Source of the DNA: a virus | Lineage: Duplodnaviria > Caudoviricetes | Virus record (IMG/VR): IMGVR_UViG_3300034375_009028 | Length of the DNA: 64,000 bases | Reading direction: 5' to 3' (one strand) | Shown: one piece after another, positions 1 to 9,863 of the stretch | Layout: each line of letters opens with the position of its first letter | How positions within the stretch are numbered: position 1 is the stretch's first letter | Made by a program: the position numbers and the translations under genes | Notes under the pieces: model-generated | What the model was told of the DNA's origin: nothing | The model's database searches: none | Seen by the model: the letters and a program-made list of their open reading frames with translations, nothing else

Positions 1-3000
1 ATTTCCTTGGTTACCTTGGTTACCTTGCAATCCCTGGTTACCCTGGTTGCCTTGATTACCCTGATTACCTTGGTTGCCTTGGTTGCCTTGGAGTCCTTGA
101 TTTCCTTGGTTACCTTGATTACCTTGGTTACCTTGATTACCTTGGTTGCCCTGGTTGCCTTGGCGTCCTTGGTTACCTTGTAGACCCTGGTTACCCTGAT
201 TACCCTGGTTACCCTGGTTACCTTGAGTACCTTGAGGTCCAGCAACAGAAATACTTACAATTAGTTCAGTATTATTACTGATAGTTGTGGTTGTTGATAT
301 AACATTAGTAATTGAAATAGTGTGCCATCCACCAGCACCAGAAGCATTTTGAGTAACTCCTGTAATTTCATATACATTGTATGCTGTTAAATCATTAGCA
401 AGACCAATTCTGATGAATCCTCTCTTGTTTACCGATCCATATTCAGTAATTGTTTGTAGGAATGTGTCAAGATTTACATTATCACTGTTTGTATTATCAA
501 TATAAACTGCTGTTGCACTAGCAATATTTGCATTATTAAATCTTAAATTACCACTTCCAGGATCACTTGCAGTGGTTGAATTATTATAGAAATAATTGTA
601 ACTATTTTCAGAATCTCTACCTTTAATACCCTGGTTTCCTTGAAGACCTTGATTACCTTGGAGACCTTGAGCACCTGCAGGAGTAAAGTTAATTGATAAC
701 TGTTCATTATTTCCTGGTAAAGTACCAGAAATGTAGGTAACAGGTATTCTATAATATCCAGTTTGAGCAATAACATCTCCACTAACTGCAAAAGCATTTA
801 CTGTAGTTTGGTTGGAGTCAGAAGAAGTTATATACAAATAACCTCTAACCAATCCAGTATTTGTTACAGTATCATCCCATGTGTTATACCATGCCGTCTG
901 ATTGTTACCTAGATCATCTAAGTTATCAATATAAAATTCAGTAACAGATGCAATATTGCTATTGTTATATCTTACGACACCATTTCCAGGATCTGCATTA
1001 GTAGTGGTTGTAGAGAAGATATATGGATTTCCTCCACGACTACCAGTATTACCCTGAAGACCCTGATTACCTTGATTGCCCTGGTTACCCTGGTTACCTT
1101 GACGACCTTGATTGCCTTGGAGTCCTTGATTGCCTTGAACACCTTGCTGTCCACTCTTAGTAAAGACAACACTCAAATCTTGCCCATTTGATGGTAAAGA
1201 ACCAGTAAGGTTATTTACAGGTACGCTGTAGTATGTTCCATTATTAACTACTGGACCATCAACAAAGAATACTGCTGTTACATTTGATGTACTATCAGCA
1301 CTACTAATATAAATGTAACCTCTATTAAGTCCATTATTTACTATTGTATCATCAAAAGTATCGTACCAACCAGTTTGATCAACACCAAATGAATCTGTAT
1401 CATCAAAATAAAGAGTGCTTACGTTTGCAATATTGGAATCATTGAATCTAATAACACCTTGTCCACCTGTTCCTGCAGTTGTAGTAGTATCAAAGGAATA
1501 CCTAACACCACCACGGTCTCCAAGCATACCCTGGTTACCCTGGTTACCCTGATTACCTTGGTTACCCTGATTACCTTGGTTGCCTTGATTACCCTGGTTG
1601 CCTTGATTACCTTGAAGACCTTGATTACCTTGGTTACCTTGATTTCCTTGGTTACCTTGATTGCCTTGAAGTCCTTGATTGCCTTGAAGTCCCTGATTAC
1701 CTTGATTACCCTGGTTACCTTGGTTGCCTTGGTTGCCCTGGTTACCTTGATTGCCTTGGAGACCTTGGTTACCTTGATTACCTTGATTACCTTGGTTGCC
1801 TTGCAATCCTTGTAATCCTTGCAATCCTTGTAGACCTTGATTACCCTGATTACCCTGGTTGCCCTGATTACCCTGGTTGCCCTGGTTACCTTGATTACCT
1901 TGATTACCCTGGTTGCCTTGAAGTCCCTGATTACCTTGGTTACCCTGATTACCCTGGTTGCCCTGGTTACCTTGATTACCTTGATTACCCTGGTTACCTT
2001 GAACACCCTGAACACCTGTCTTTGTAAAGAATACCGTTACTGCTTGACCATTTGTGGGGAGATTACCACTTAGATAAGTAACTGGTACTCTATAATATGA
2101 AGTATTGTTCTCAACAGTATTGTTTACATAGAATACCGCAGTAACATTAGTTGCAGAGTCTGCGGAAGTAATGTAAATATATCCTCTATTGAGTCCCGCA
2201 TTAACTACCGTATCGTCCCAAGTGTCATACCAACCAGTCTGATCAACACCGAATTCATCAGTGTCATCAAAATACATGTTTGTAACATTGGCAATTGTTC
2301 CATTATTAAATCTAAGTCTTCCTTGACCACCAGATCCCGCTGTAATAGTTGTGTCAAATAAGTAAGGAACACCACCACGGTCTCCAAGCATACCCTGATT
2401 ACCCTGGTTGCCCTGGTTACCTTGATTACCTTGGTTTCCTTGATTGCCTTGGAGACCTTGATTTCCTTGGTTACCCTGGTTACCCTGGTTACCTTGATTA
2501 CCTTGGTTTCCTTGATTGCCTTGGAGACCTTGATTTCCTTGGTTACCCTGGTTACCTTGGTTACCTTGATTGCCTTGGAGACCTTGGTTACCCTGATTAC
2601 CTTGGTTACCTTGTAGACCTTGGAGACCTTGTAGACCTTGGAGACCTTGCAATCCTTGATTACCTTGGTTGCCTTGGTTACCCTGATTACCTTGGTTGCC
2701 TTGGTTACCCTGATTACCTTGGAGTCCCTGGTTACCCTGATTACCCTGATTACCTTGGAGTCCCTGGTTACCCTGATTACCCTGGTTGCCCTGGTTACCT
2801 TGATTACCTTGGAGTCCTTGATTACCTTGGTTACCTTGATTACCTTGATTGCCTTGGTTACCCTGATTACCTTGGAGACCCTGAATACCTGTCTTTGTAA
2901 AGAAGACTGTAAGTTCTTGATTGTTTGTAGGTAGATTTCCACTTACAAAAGTAACAGGGATGGTATAATAAGTACCATTATCAGTAACAACATCATCTAC

Positions 3001-6000
3001 ATAGAAGATTGCTGTAGTATTACTGGAACTATCTGCAGACGTAATATATACATATCCGCGATTTGAACCAGAATTGACTTGAGTATCATCCCAAGTATCA
3101 TACCAACCAGTTTGATCAACAGCAAATGAATCTGTATCATCAAAATAAAGTTCAGTTACACTACCAATTGTTCCACTATTGAATCTAATTCTTCCTTGAC
3201 CACCAGATCCTGCGGTAGTAGTTGTGTCAAATAAGTAAGGAATGCCACCACGGTCTCCAAGCATACCTTGGTTACCCTGATTACCCTGGTTACCTTGATT
3301 ACCTTGGTTACCTTGATTGCCTTGGAGACCTTGGTTACCCTGGTTACCTTGATTACCTTGGTTACCCTGGTTACCTTGATTGCCTTGGAGACCTTGGTTA
3401 CCCTGGTTACCTTGATTACCTTGGTTACCCTGGTTACCTTGATTGCCCTGAAGTCCCTGGTTGCCTTGATTGCCCTGGTTACCTTGATTACCCTGATTAC
3501 CTTGATTACCCTGGTTACCTTGGTTACCTTGATTACCTTGGAGTCCCTGATTACCTTGGTTACCTTGAGTACCTTGAATACCAGCAAGACCAAAACTTAA
3601 GAATATTGCTTCATTATTAGAGAATCCAGTACCAGCACTAACATTTGAAGTTAAATCTAATGTACTCCATCCATTAGCACCAGCAGACTCTAAAATAACT
3701 CCACCAAGTCTAAAAATATAGAAGTTATTTGCATTTGTTTGAGACTGAATCTTAACAAATCCCTTATTTCCAGGAGATCCATATTGATCAACGAATGAAT
3801 AGAAGTCACTTAAATCTGATCCATTTTCATCTCTATGATCAAGGTATATTTCTGTACTATTCTCAATTGTACTATTATCAAATCTTATAAATCCTTGTCC
3901 AGGATCTGCGGCTGTAGTGCTTGTTGAATAGAAGTATTCAAAAGTATCTCCAGAACTTACACCATCTGGACCTTGAAGACCTTGTAAACCTTGAACACCT
4001 TGGACACCAGATCTTGTAAAGTTAAATACTAACTTTTCAGAGTTGGTTGGTAAAGATCCAGATACATATGCAACAGGAACTCTGTAATAACCAGTCTCTG
4101 CTGTAACTGCTCCTACAACATTAAAGATATTTACATTAGTATCTGCACTATCTGCAGATGTTATTACAAGATTACCACGACTTAAACCTGCATTTAGTTG
4201 AGTATCATCCCAAACATCATACCAAGCGGTCTGATCATTACCTAGGTCATCTAAGTTATCAATATAAATTTCGGTTACAGAACCAATGGTTGCATTATTA
4301 TATCTAAAATTACCATTACCAGGATCTCCATTCTGTGTAGTTGTAGAGAAGATATAAGGAACCCCACCACGGTTGCCGTAGTTACCCTGTAGACCTTGAT
4401 TGCCTTGATTACCCTGGTTACCTTGATTACCTTGGTTGCCCTGGTTACCTTGGTTACCCTGCAATCCTTGATTACCTTGGTTACCCTGGTTACCTTGATT
4501 ACCTTGGTTGCCCTGGTTACCTTGGTTACCCTGCAATCCTTGATTACCTTGGTTACCCTGGTTACCTTGGTTACCCTGGAGACCTTGCAGACCTTGGAGA
4601 CCTTGGAGACCTTGGTTGCCCTGGTTTCCTTGATTACCTTGATTACCCTGGTTACCTTGATTACCCTGGTTACCTTGGAGACCTTGGTTGCCCTGGTTAC
4701 CTTGATTACCTTGGTTACCTTGGAGTCCTTGGAGACCTTGGTTACCTTGAACACCTTGAGGTCCTATAAACGAGAAGCTAATGAATACTGTATCGTTATT
4801 AGAGAAGTTTCCAGAAGATGCATAGAATTGGGTAATGTCAAATGAGAACCATCCAGTAGCACCACCAGTTTGTAATTGAGTATTACCAACAACAAACAAA
4901 TGATATTGGGATGCATCAACAGGATCTACAATCTTAACAAGAGCTTGTCTCTCTAGAATTCCATAGTTCTCAATATCTGCAAGGAAGTCTGACAGATCAG
5001 TTCCACCACTATCAGTGTTGGCAATGTACAACTCAGTTGCACTAGACTGAGTTGAGAAATTATCAAATCTTAATCTTCCAGATCCAGGATTTGCTGCACC
5101 TGTTGAAGAACTGAATGTATAAACATAAGTAGTTTCAGCATTTCTACCACTAAGACCTTGGTTACCTTGTAAACCTTGTGTACCTGTTTTAGTGAAGAAT
5201 ACTGTTAATTCTTGTCCATTAGAAGGAAGAGATCCAGTTAAATAGTTTACTGGAATACTATAATAAGAACCATTATCAGATACAGAACCATCTACTTCAA
5301 AGATAATACTTGTGTTTGTAGAAGAATCTGAGGTAGTAATATAAATGTATCCACGATTCTCTCCAACATTAACTTGAGTATCGTCCCAAGTATCATACCA
5401 AGCGGTTTGATCTATTCCAAATAGATCTGTATCATCAAAATAAAGTGTAGTTGCGTTTGCAATAGCTGGACTATCAAATCTTAATACCCCTTGACCACCA
5501 GAACCTGCTGCGGTAGTAGTATCAAACTCATAAGGAATACCACCACGGTCTCCAAGCATACCCTGCAGACCTTGGTTTCCTTGAAGTCCCTGATTACCTT
5601 GATTACCCTGGTTACCTTGATTACCTTGGTTGCCCTGGTTACCTTGGTTACCCTGCAATCCTTGATTACCTTGGTTACCCTGGTTGCCTTGGTTACCTTG
5701 AAGACCTTGGAGACCTTGGAGACCCTGTAATCCTTGGTTGCCCTGGTTACCCTGGTTACCCTGGTTTCCTTGGTTGCCTTGATTACCCTGGTTACCCTGG
5801 TTACCTTGTAGACCTTGAATACCTGTCTTTGTAAAGAAGATGGTTATATCTTGTGCATTAGAAGGAATATTACCACTCAAATAAGTAACAGGTATTTCCT
5901 GATAATCAGTTTGGTCTGTTATTGCCCCAGTTACTTCAAATATTGCACTAACATTAGTTGCAGAATCTGCTGAGGTAATATAAATGTATCCCCTACCTTC

Positions 6001-8670
6001 TCCAGCAATAACTTGAGTATCATCCCAATTTGCAACCCAAGCAGAGTGATCTACTCCAAAGATATCATTATCATCAACATATATTTGAGTTACACTACCA
6101 ATGGTACTATTATTAAATCTAAAATCTCCATCACCTGAAGATCCAGATCCAGTAGCAGTATTAAATCTATAAGGAATACCACCACGGTCTCCAAGCATAC
6201 CCTGGTTACCTTGTAAACCTTGATTACCCTGGTTTCCTTGGTTGCCTTGATTACCCTGGTTGCCCTGGTTACCTTGGTTGCCTTGATTACCCTGTAGACC
6301 TTGGAGACCTTGGAGACCTTGTAAACCTTGATTACCCTGGTTGCCCTGATTACCTTGGTTACCTTGATTACCTTGGTTACCCTGATTACCTTGGTTGCCT
6401 TGAAGTCCCTGGTTACCTTGGTTACCTTGGTTACCCTGATTACCTTGGTTGCCTTGGTTGCCCTGGTTACCTTGGACACCCTGAGTTCCACTCTTAGTGA
6501 ATAGTACCGTTACTTCTTGACCATTTGAAGGAATATCACCACTTACATAAGTTACAGGAACAGTCCAATAAGTAGTGTTATCTATTACAGCATCATCAAC
6601 ATAGAATATAGAAGTTACATTACCACCAGAATCTGCCGAGGTTACATAGAGGTATCCACGATTTAGTCCAGCATTTAACTGAGTATCGTCAAATGTATCG
6701 TACCAACCAGTTTGATCAGATCCAAAAGAATCTGTATCATCAAAATATAATTCTGTAATATTTGCTGCGGTAGCATTGTTATACCTTAATGATCCTTGTC
6801 CACCCGTACCTGCTGTGGTAGTAGAATCAAAGTCATAACGAATACCACCACGGTCTCCAAGCATACCCTGGTTACCTTGGTTACCCTGATTACCTTGATT
6901 GCCCTGGTTACCCTGGTTACCCTGATTACCTTGGTTGCCTTGGTTACCTTGAAGACCTTGGAGACCTTGGAGACCCTGGTTGCCTTGATTACCTTGGTTG
7001 CCTTGATTACCTTGATTACCTTGGTTGCCCTGGTTTCCTTGTAAACCTTGAATACCAGTTCTACTATGGAACAGTGTTAAAATGTCACCATTAGAAGGTA
7101 ATGTACCAGTTACATACTCTACTGAAATTTTATAGTATCCAGATGCAACTTGATTAACACCATTAATTCTAAAAATGTTTACTGTAGTTCCAGATAAAAT
7201 ATCCGCAGAGATAAAGTATAAGTATCCTCTATCTGGATTCTCAGTATCATCCCAAACATCATACCAAGCAGTCTGATTATTACCAAGATCATCTAAGTTA
7301 TCAATATAAATTTGAGTAACTGAGTTTATTGCCGAGTTGTTATATGCAACATTACCATTTCCAGGATCTTGATCTGTTGTACTCTGAACCCATTCATAAC
7401 GAATACCTCCTCTATCACCAATACCACCCTGAAGACCTTGAAGTCCTTGGTTACCTTGGTTACCTTGGAGACCCTGGTTACCTTGGTTGCCTTGACGACC
7501 TTGGTTACCCTGGAGACCTTGAGCACCTACACCCTGTAATCCCTGGTTACCTTGTAGACCCTGTAAACCTTGTAGACCCTGTACACCTTGAGAACCTACA
7601 CCTTGAAGTCCCTGGTTACCTTGATTGCCCTGATTGCCCTGATTACCTTGGTTGCCCTGGTTACCCTGATTACCTTGTAGACCTTGTAAACCTTGGTTGC
7701 CCTGATTTCCTTGGTTACCTTGGTTACCTTGGTTACCCTGGTTGCCCTGGTTACCTTGATTGCCCTGATTACCTTGACGACCTTGTGTTCCTTGGACACC
7801 TTGAATAGATACGTCAGTAATCGTTGCTTTCTTTAAGCTAGAATCACTAATATCATATAAAAGAAGTAGATCTGACTGTTGAATATCTCCAGTTAATTGT
7901 GGTTTTTGGAATATAAGATTTGGAGATACATTAGTAAGATAAGAATTTGTAACTCCTGTACCAAGAGTTGTTTCTTCTAATACAGTATTTCCATTAATTT
8001 TATAAACTTTTCCACTTGGAACGTTTACATTTTCTGTAATGTAAATAGATGCTGTTCCAGATTGCCAAACAATATCTTTTCTAATTGATGTTGAACCGAT
8101 ACCAATACCAGCACCATCTAGGAGAGCATTATCTCCTACCGATTTTGCAATTCCAATCTTGAAGTCTGGAATATCCAGAGTACCAGTACTAATTGTGATT
8201 GTTTCACCATCAACAACTAGGTTGCCTTTAATTCTAACAATACCTGTGTTATCACCAACACCTGCTGGGTCAAGGGTAATTGTTGATGGACCAGTGATAG
8301 AATCACTATTTACAATAATTGCTTGTCCAAGTGCTCCAGTCTTAAATGATGTACCAGTAACAATACCAGCAACATAAAGATTACTGTTGGCATCAAATCT
8401 TAGATCATCAGAACCTTGTGGGAGATTAGATGCATTTTTGAAGATTACCTGATATGGATCACCTTCTACTGGACCAGCAACACCCTGAAGACCTTGGTTG
8501 CCCTGAAGACCTTGCAGACCTTGATTGCCTTGAAGACCCTGAAGACCTTGTAAACCCTGTAAACCTTGTAGACCTTGGTTGCCTTGAAGACCTTGATTAC
8601 CCTGATTACCTTGGTTGCCCTGGTTACCTTGAAGACCCTGAAGACCTTGCAGACCTTGAGCACCTTGTAA
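1..8670 (-). repeat. Coding 9-bp tandem repeats (GGT AAY CAR) encoding about 14 collagen-like (GNQ/GLQ)n blocks of about 10 to 170 aa
   Basis: Plus-strand units ttggttacc/ctgattacc/ttggttgcc recur throughout 1-8670. Confidence 0.95.
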
Positions 8671-9843
8671 AGCAGCACTCAAAATTGTATCTTTCTTTAA
8701 TAAACCATCAGTCTGATCATAGAAGAGAATAAAATCCTCTGGTTGTGCCTGAGTTTGTACCCTATCATTAATAAATCCAGGATTTGCAGATCTAAGATTT
8801 GAATTTGTAATTCCTAATCCAAGCGTAGTTGCATTTAATACTTCATTTTCAGCAACATAGTATGCTCCATCTGGTTCATGAACACCAAAGTTCACACTAG
8901 ATTGCCAAGCATCAATACTGAATTTGTATTTTATTGATTTTCTTACTGATGTAGAACCAATACCAATAACAGATCCGTCAAGATTAGATTCTAATGTCTC
9001 ATTAGCATTAAAGATAATAGAATCTGTTCCAAGAACAACATCATTATCGAAGAATGTAATTTGACTACTACTAAATCCAATCGGAGTTCCTTTGATTTGA
9101 AGGTCACCCTCAATGAATACAACACCATCTTGGAATGGTACAATACTAATTGATGCTGGACCTAAAATTTTATCACCAGTAAGTGCTAATGAACTATTTG
9201 TATCAAATCCAGTATAGAATGCATCTGCAGTTAGAATACCAGAAATAATATTATCAAAAGATGGAGATGATCCTTGGGTAACAACACCCTTTGGTCCCTT
9301 GTACCTATAAGCAACAAGGTAAACATTTCCAGAGTTTACTCCAGAAGGGACTACAGTTCCATTGAAGTTAAGTACACCTGCAGCATAATCAAAGAACCAA
9401 GTATCATTTGATCCAGCACCAGCTGCAGATAGCTGCACACCACCAGAAGCAGGATCACCTCTATAAACTTTAACAATGTAATCTGGACCAAAGCTAGGAT
9501 CAATCCAATCACCCAGAAGTGTTGAACTGTTATTATTATACGTTGCTCTACATAAAAATGCTCTATTACCACTAACAGTGGGGTCTGCCGTTAATCTTAA
9601 AGCACTTGCTGTTCCATATACCTGTACAATAGAACTAGTTGCTGAAGGTGGAGTTCCTGGAATATCTCCACTCTCTGACCAAATAAGATCAGAACGAATT
9701 ACCAGTGGCGAAGGAATAGCTTCCGCAAATGGTGCTTTTTTGGTGCCTGATAAAGTAGAGTCCTCAGCTATACCAGTTTTGGATGCGGTATAACCTATCT
9801 TCTTTAATAGAAAATCTAGCTTTTGTTCTTGAGATGCTGCCAC
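1..9843 (-). CDS. Giant collagen-like tail fibre or virion fibre protein, >3280 aa, 3' end outside the window
   Basis: Not in the ORF track. GTG start at 9843 behind AAGGGG; translates MAASQEQKLDFLLKKIGYTASKTGIAEDS. The frame was spot-checked by hand at about 8460, 6000, 4260, 240 and 1 and is consistent, though not every codon was read. (G-X-Q)n blocks alternate with a repeated globular domain. Confidence 0.88.
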   Translation of the reverse strand, partial: MAASQEQKLDFLLKKIGYTASKTGIAEDSTLSGTKKAPFAEAIPSPLVIRSDLIWSESGDIPGTPPSATSSIVQVYGTASALRLTADPTVSGNRAFLCRATYNNNSSTLLGDWIDPSFGPDYIVKVYRGDPASGGVQLSAAGAGSNDTWFFDYAAGVLNFNGTVVPSGVNSGNVYLVAYRYKGPKGVVTQGSSPSFDNIISGILTADAFYTGFDTNSSLALTGDKILGPASISIVPFQDGVVFIEGDLQIKGTPIGFSSSQITFFDNDVVLGTDSIIFNANETLESNLDGSVIGIGSTSVRKSIKYKFSIDAWQSSVNFGVHEPDGAYYVAENEVLNATTLGLGITNSNLRSANPGFINDRVQTQAQPEDFILFYDQTDGLLKKDTILSAALQGAQGLQGLQGLQGNQGNQGNQGNQGLQGNQGLQGLQGLQGLQGLQGNQGLQGLQGNQGLQGVAGPVEGDPYQVIFKNASNLPQGSDDLRFDANSNLYVAGIVTGTSFKTGALGQAIIVNSDSITGPSTITLDPAGVGDNTGIVRIKGNLVVDGETITISTGTLDIPDFKIGIAKSVGDNALLDGAGIGIGSTSIRKDIVWQSGTASIYITENVNVPSGKVYKINGNTVLEETTLGTGVTNSYLTNVSPNLIFQKPQLTGDIQQSDLLLLYDISDSSLKKATITDVSIQGVQGTQGRQGNQGNQGNQGNQGNQGNQGNQGNQGNQGLQGLQGNQGNQGNQGNQGNQGNQGNQGLQGVGSQGVQGLQGLQGLQGNQGLQGVGAQGLQGNQGRQGNQGNQGLQGNQGNQGLQGLQGGIGDRGGIRYEWVQSTTDQDPGNGNVAYNNSAINSVTQIYIDNLDDLGNNQTAWYDVWDDTENPDRGYLYFISADILSGTTVNIFRINGVNQVASGYYKISVEYVTGTLPSNGDILTLFHSRTGIQGLQGNQGNQGNQGNQGNQGNQGNQGLQGLQGLQGNQGNQGNQGNQGNQGNQGNQGNQGNQGMLGDRGGIRYDFDSTTTAGTGGQGSLRYNNATAANITELYFDDTDSFGSDQTGWYDTFDDTQLNAGLNRGYLYVTSADSGGNVTSIFYVDDAVIDNTTYWTVPVTYVSGDIPSNGQEVTVLFTKSGTQGVQGNQGNQGNQGNQGNQGNQGNQGLQGNQGNQGNQGNQGNQGNQGNQGNQGLQGLQGLQGLQGNQGNQGNQGNQGNQGNQGNQGNQGLQGNQGMLGDRGGIPYRFNTATGSGSSGDGDFRFNNSTIGSVTQIYVDDNDIFGVDHSAWVANWDDTQVIAGEGRGYIYITSADSATNVSAIFEVTGAITDQTDYQEIPVTYLSGNIPSNAQDITIFFTKTGIQGLQGNQGNQGNQGNQGNQGNQGNQGNQGLQGLQGLQGLQGNQGNQGNQGNQGLQGNQGNQGNQGNQGNQGNQGNQGLQGNQGLQGMLGDRGGIPYEFDTTTAAGSGGQGVLRFDSPAIANATTLYFDDTDLFGIDQTAWYDTWDDTQVNVGENRGYIYITTSDSSTNTSIIFEVDGSVSDNGSYYSIPVNYLTGSLPSNGQELTVFFTKTGTQGLQGNQGLSGRNAETTYVYTFSSSTGAANPGSGRLRFDNFSTQSSATELYIANTDSGGTDLSDFLADIENYGILERQALVKIVDPVDASQYHLFVVGNTQLQTGGATGWFSFDITQFYASSGNFSNNDTVFISFSFIGPQGVQGNQGLQGLQGNQGNQGNQGNQGLQGNQGNQGNQGNQGNQGNQGNQGLQGLQGLQGLQGNQGNQGNQGNQGLQGNQGNQGNQGNQGNQGNQGNQGLQGNQGNQGNQGNQGNQGNQGNQGLQGNYGNRGGVPYIFSTTTQNGDPGNGNFRYNNATIGSVTEIYIDNLDDLGNDQTAWYDVWDDTQLNAGLSRGNLVITSADSADTNVNIFNVVGAVTAETGYYRVPVAYVSGSLPTNSEKLVFNFTRSGVQGVQGLQGLQGPDGVSSGDTFEYFYSTSTTAADPGQGFIRFDNSTIENSTEIYLDHRDENGSDLSDFYSFVDQYGSPGNKGFVKIQSQTNANNFYIFRLGGVILESAGANGWSTLDLTSNVSAGTGFSNNEAIFLSFGLAGIQGTQGNQGNQGLQGNQGNQGNQGNQGNQGNQGNQGNQGNQGLQGNQGNQGNQGNQGNQGNQGLQGNQGNQGNQGNQGNQGNQGLQGNQGNQGNQGNQGNQGNQGMLGDRGGIPYLFDTTTTAGSGGQGRIRFNSGTIGSVTELYFDDTDSFAVDQTGWYDTWDDTQVNSGSNRGYVYITSADSSSNTTAIFYVDDVVTDNGTYYTIPVTFVSGNLPTNNQELTVFFTKTGIQGLQGNQGNQGNQGNQGNQGNQGLQGNQGNQGNQGNQGNQGLQGNQGNQGNQGLQGNQGNQGNQGNQGNQGNQGNQGLQGLQGLQGLQGLQGNQGNQGNQGLQGNQGNQGNQGNQGNQGLQGNQGNQGNQGNQGNQGNQGNQGLQGNQGNQGNQGNQGNQGNQGMLGDRGGVPYLFDTTITAGSGGQGRLRFNNGTIANVTNMYFDDTDEFGVDQTGWYDTWDDTVVNAGLNRGYIYITSADSATNVTAVFYVNNTVENNTSYYRVPVTYLSGNLPTNGQAVTVFFTKTGVQGVQGNQGNQGNQGNQGNQGNQGNQGNQGLQGNQGNQGNQGNQGNQGNQGNQGNQGNQGLQGLQGLQGLQGNQGNQGNQGNQGLQGNQGNQGNQGNQGNQGNQGNQGLQGNQGLQGNQGNQGNQGNQGNQGLQGNQGNQGNQGNQGNQGNQGNQGNQGNQGMLGDRGGVRYSFDTTTTAGTGGQGVIRFNDSNIANVSTLYFDDTDSFGVDQTGWYDTFDDTIVNNGLNRGYIYISSADSTSNVTAVFFVDGPVVNNGTYYSVPVNNLTGSLPSNGQDLSVVFTKSGQQGVQGNQGLQGNQGRQGNQGNQGNQGNQGLQGNTGSRGGNPYIFSTTTTNADPGNGVVRYNNSNIASVTEFYIDNLDDLGNNQTAWYNTWDDTVTNTGLVRGYLYITSSDSNQTTVNAFAVSGDVIAQTGYYRIPVTYISGTLPGNNEQLSINFTPAGAQGLQGNQGLQGNQGIKGRDSENSYNYFYNNSTTASDPGSGNLRFNNANIASATAVYIDNTNSDNVNLDTFLQTITEYGSVNKRGFIRIGLANDLTAYNVYEITGVTQNASGAGGWHTISITNVISTTTTISNNTELIVSISVAGPQGTQGNQGNQGNQGNQGLQGNQGRQGNQGNQGNQGNQGNQGNQGNQGLQGNQGNQGNQGNQGNQGNQGLQGNQGNQGN
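241..7425 (-). repeat. About 12 copies of a 120-130 aa non-collagen domain (GDRGGIPY..FDTTT.AG.GGQG..RFN...YFDD.D.F..DQTGWYDTWDDT....RGYIYITSAD)
   Basis: The GDRGG motif (ccaccacggtctcc) or a variant is seen at about 1017, 1506, 2369, 3245, 4365, 5540, 6179, 6845 and 7404; three divergent copies lie at about 241-610, 3590-3965 and 4765-5155. Confidence 0.85.
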
Positions 9844-9863
9844 AGATCTTACTTCCCCTTACC

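Noticed and set aside
1-8670. CRISPR-like or satellite interpretation of the repeats
   Set aside because: The units are 9 bp with third-position wobble and no unique spacers, so the repeat is coding.
543-8732. Many track ORFs such as VTRVIKVTK, LVTLITL and GYPDYLG
   Set aside because: These are shadow frames of the 9-bp collagen repeat on both strands; the Gly-X-Gln frame continues through the non-repetitive domains.
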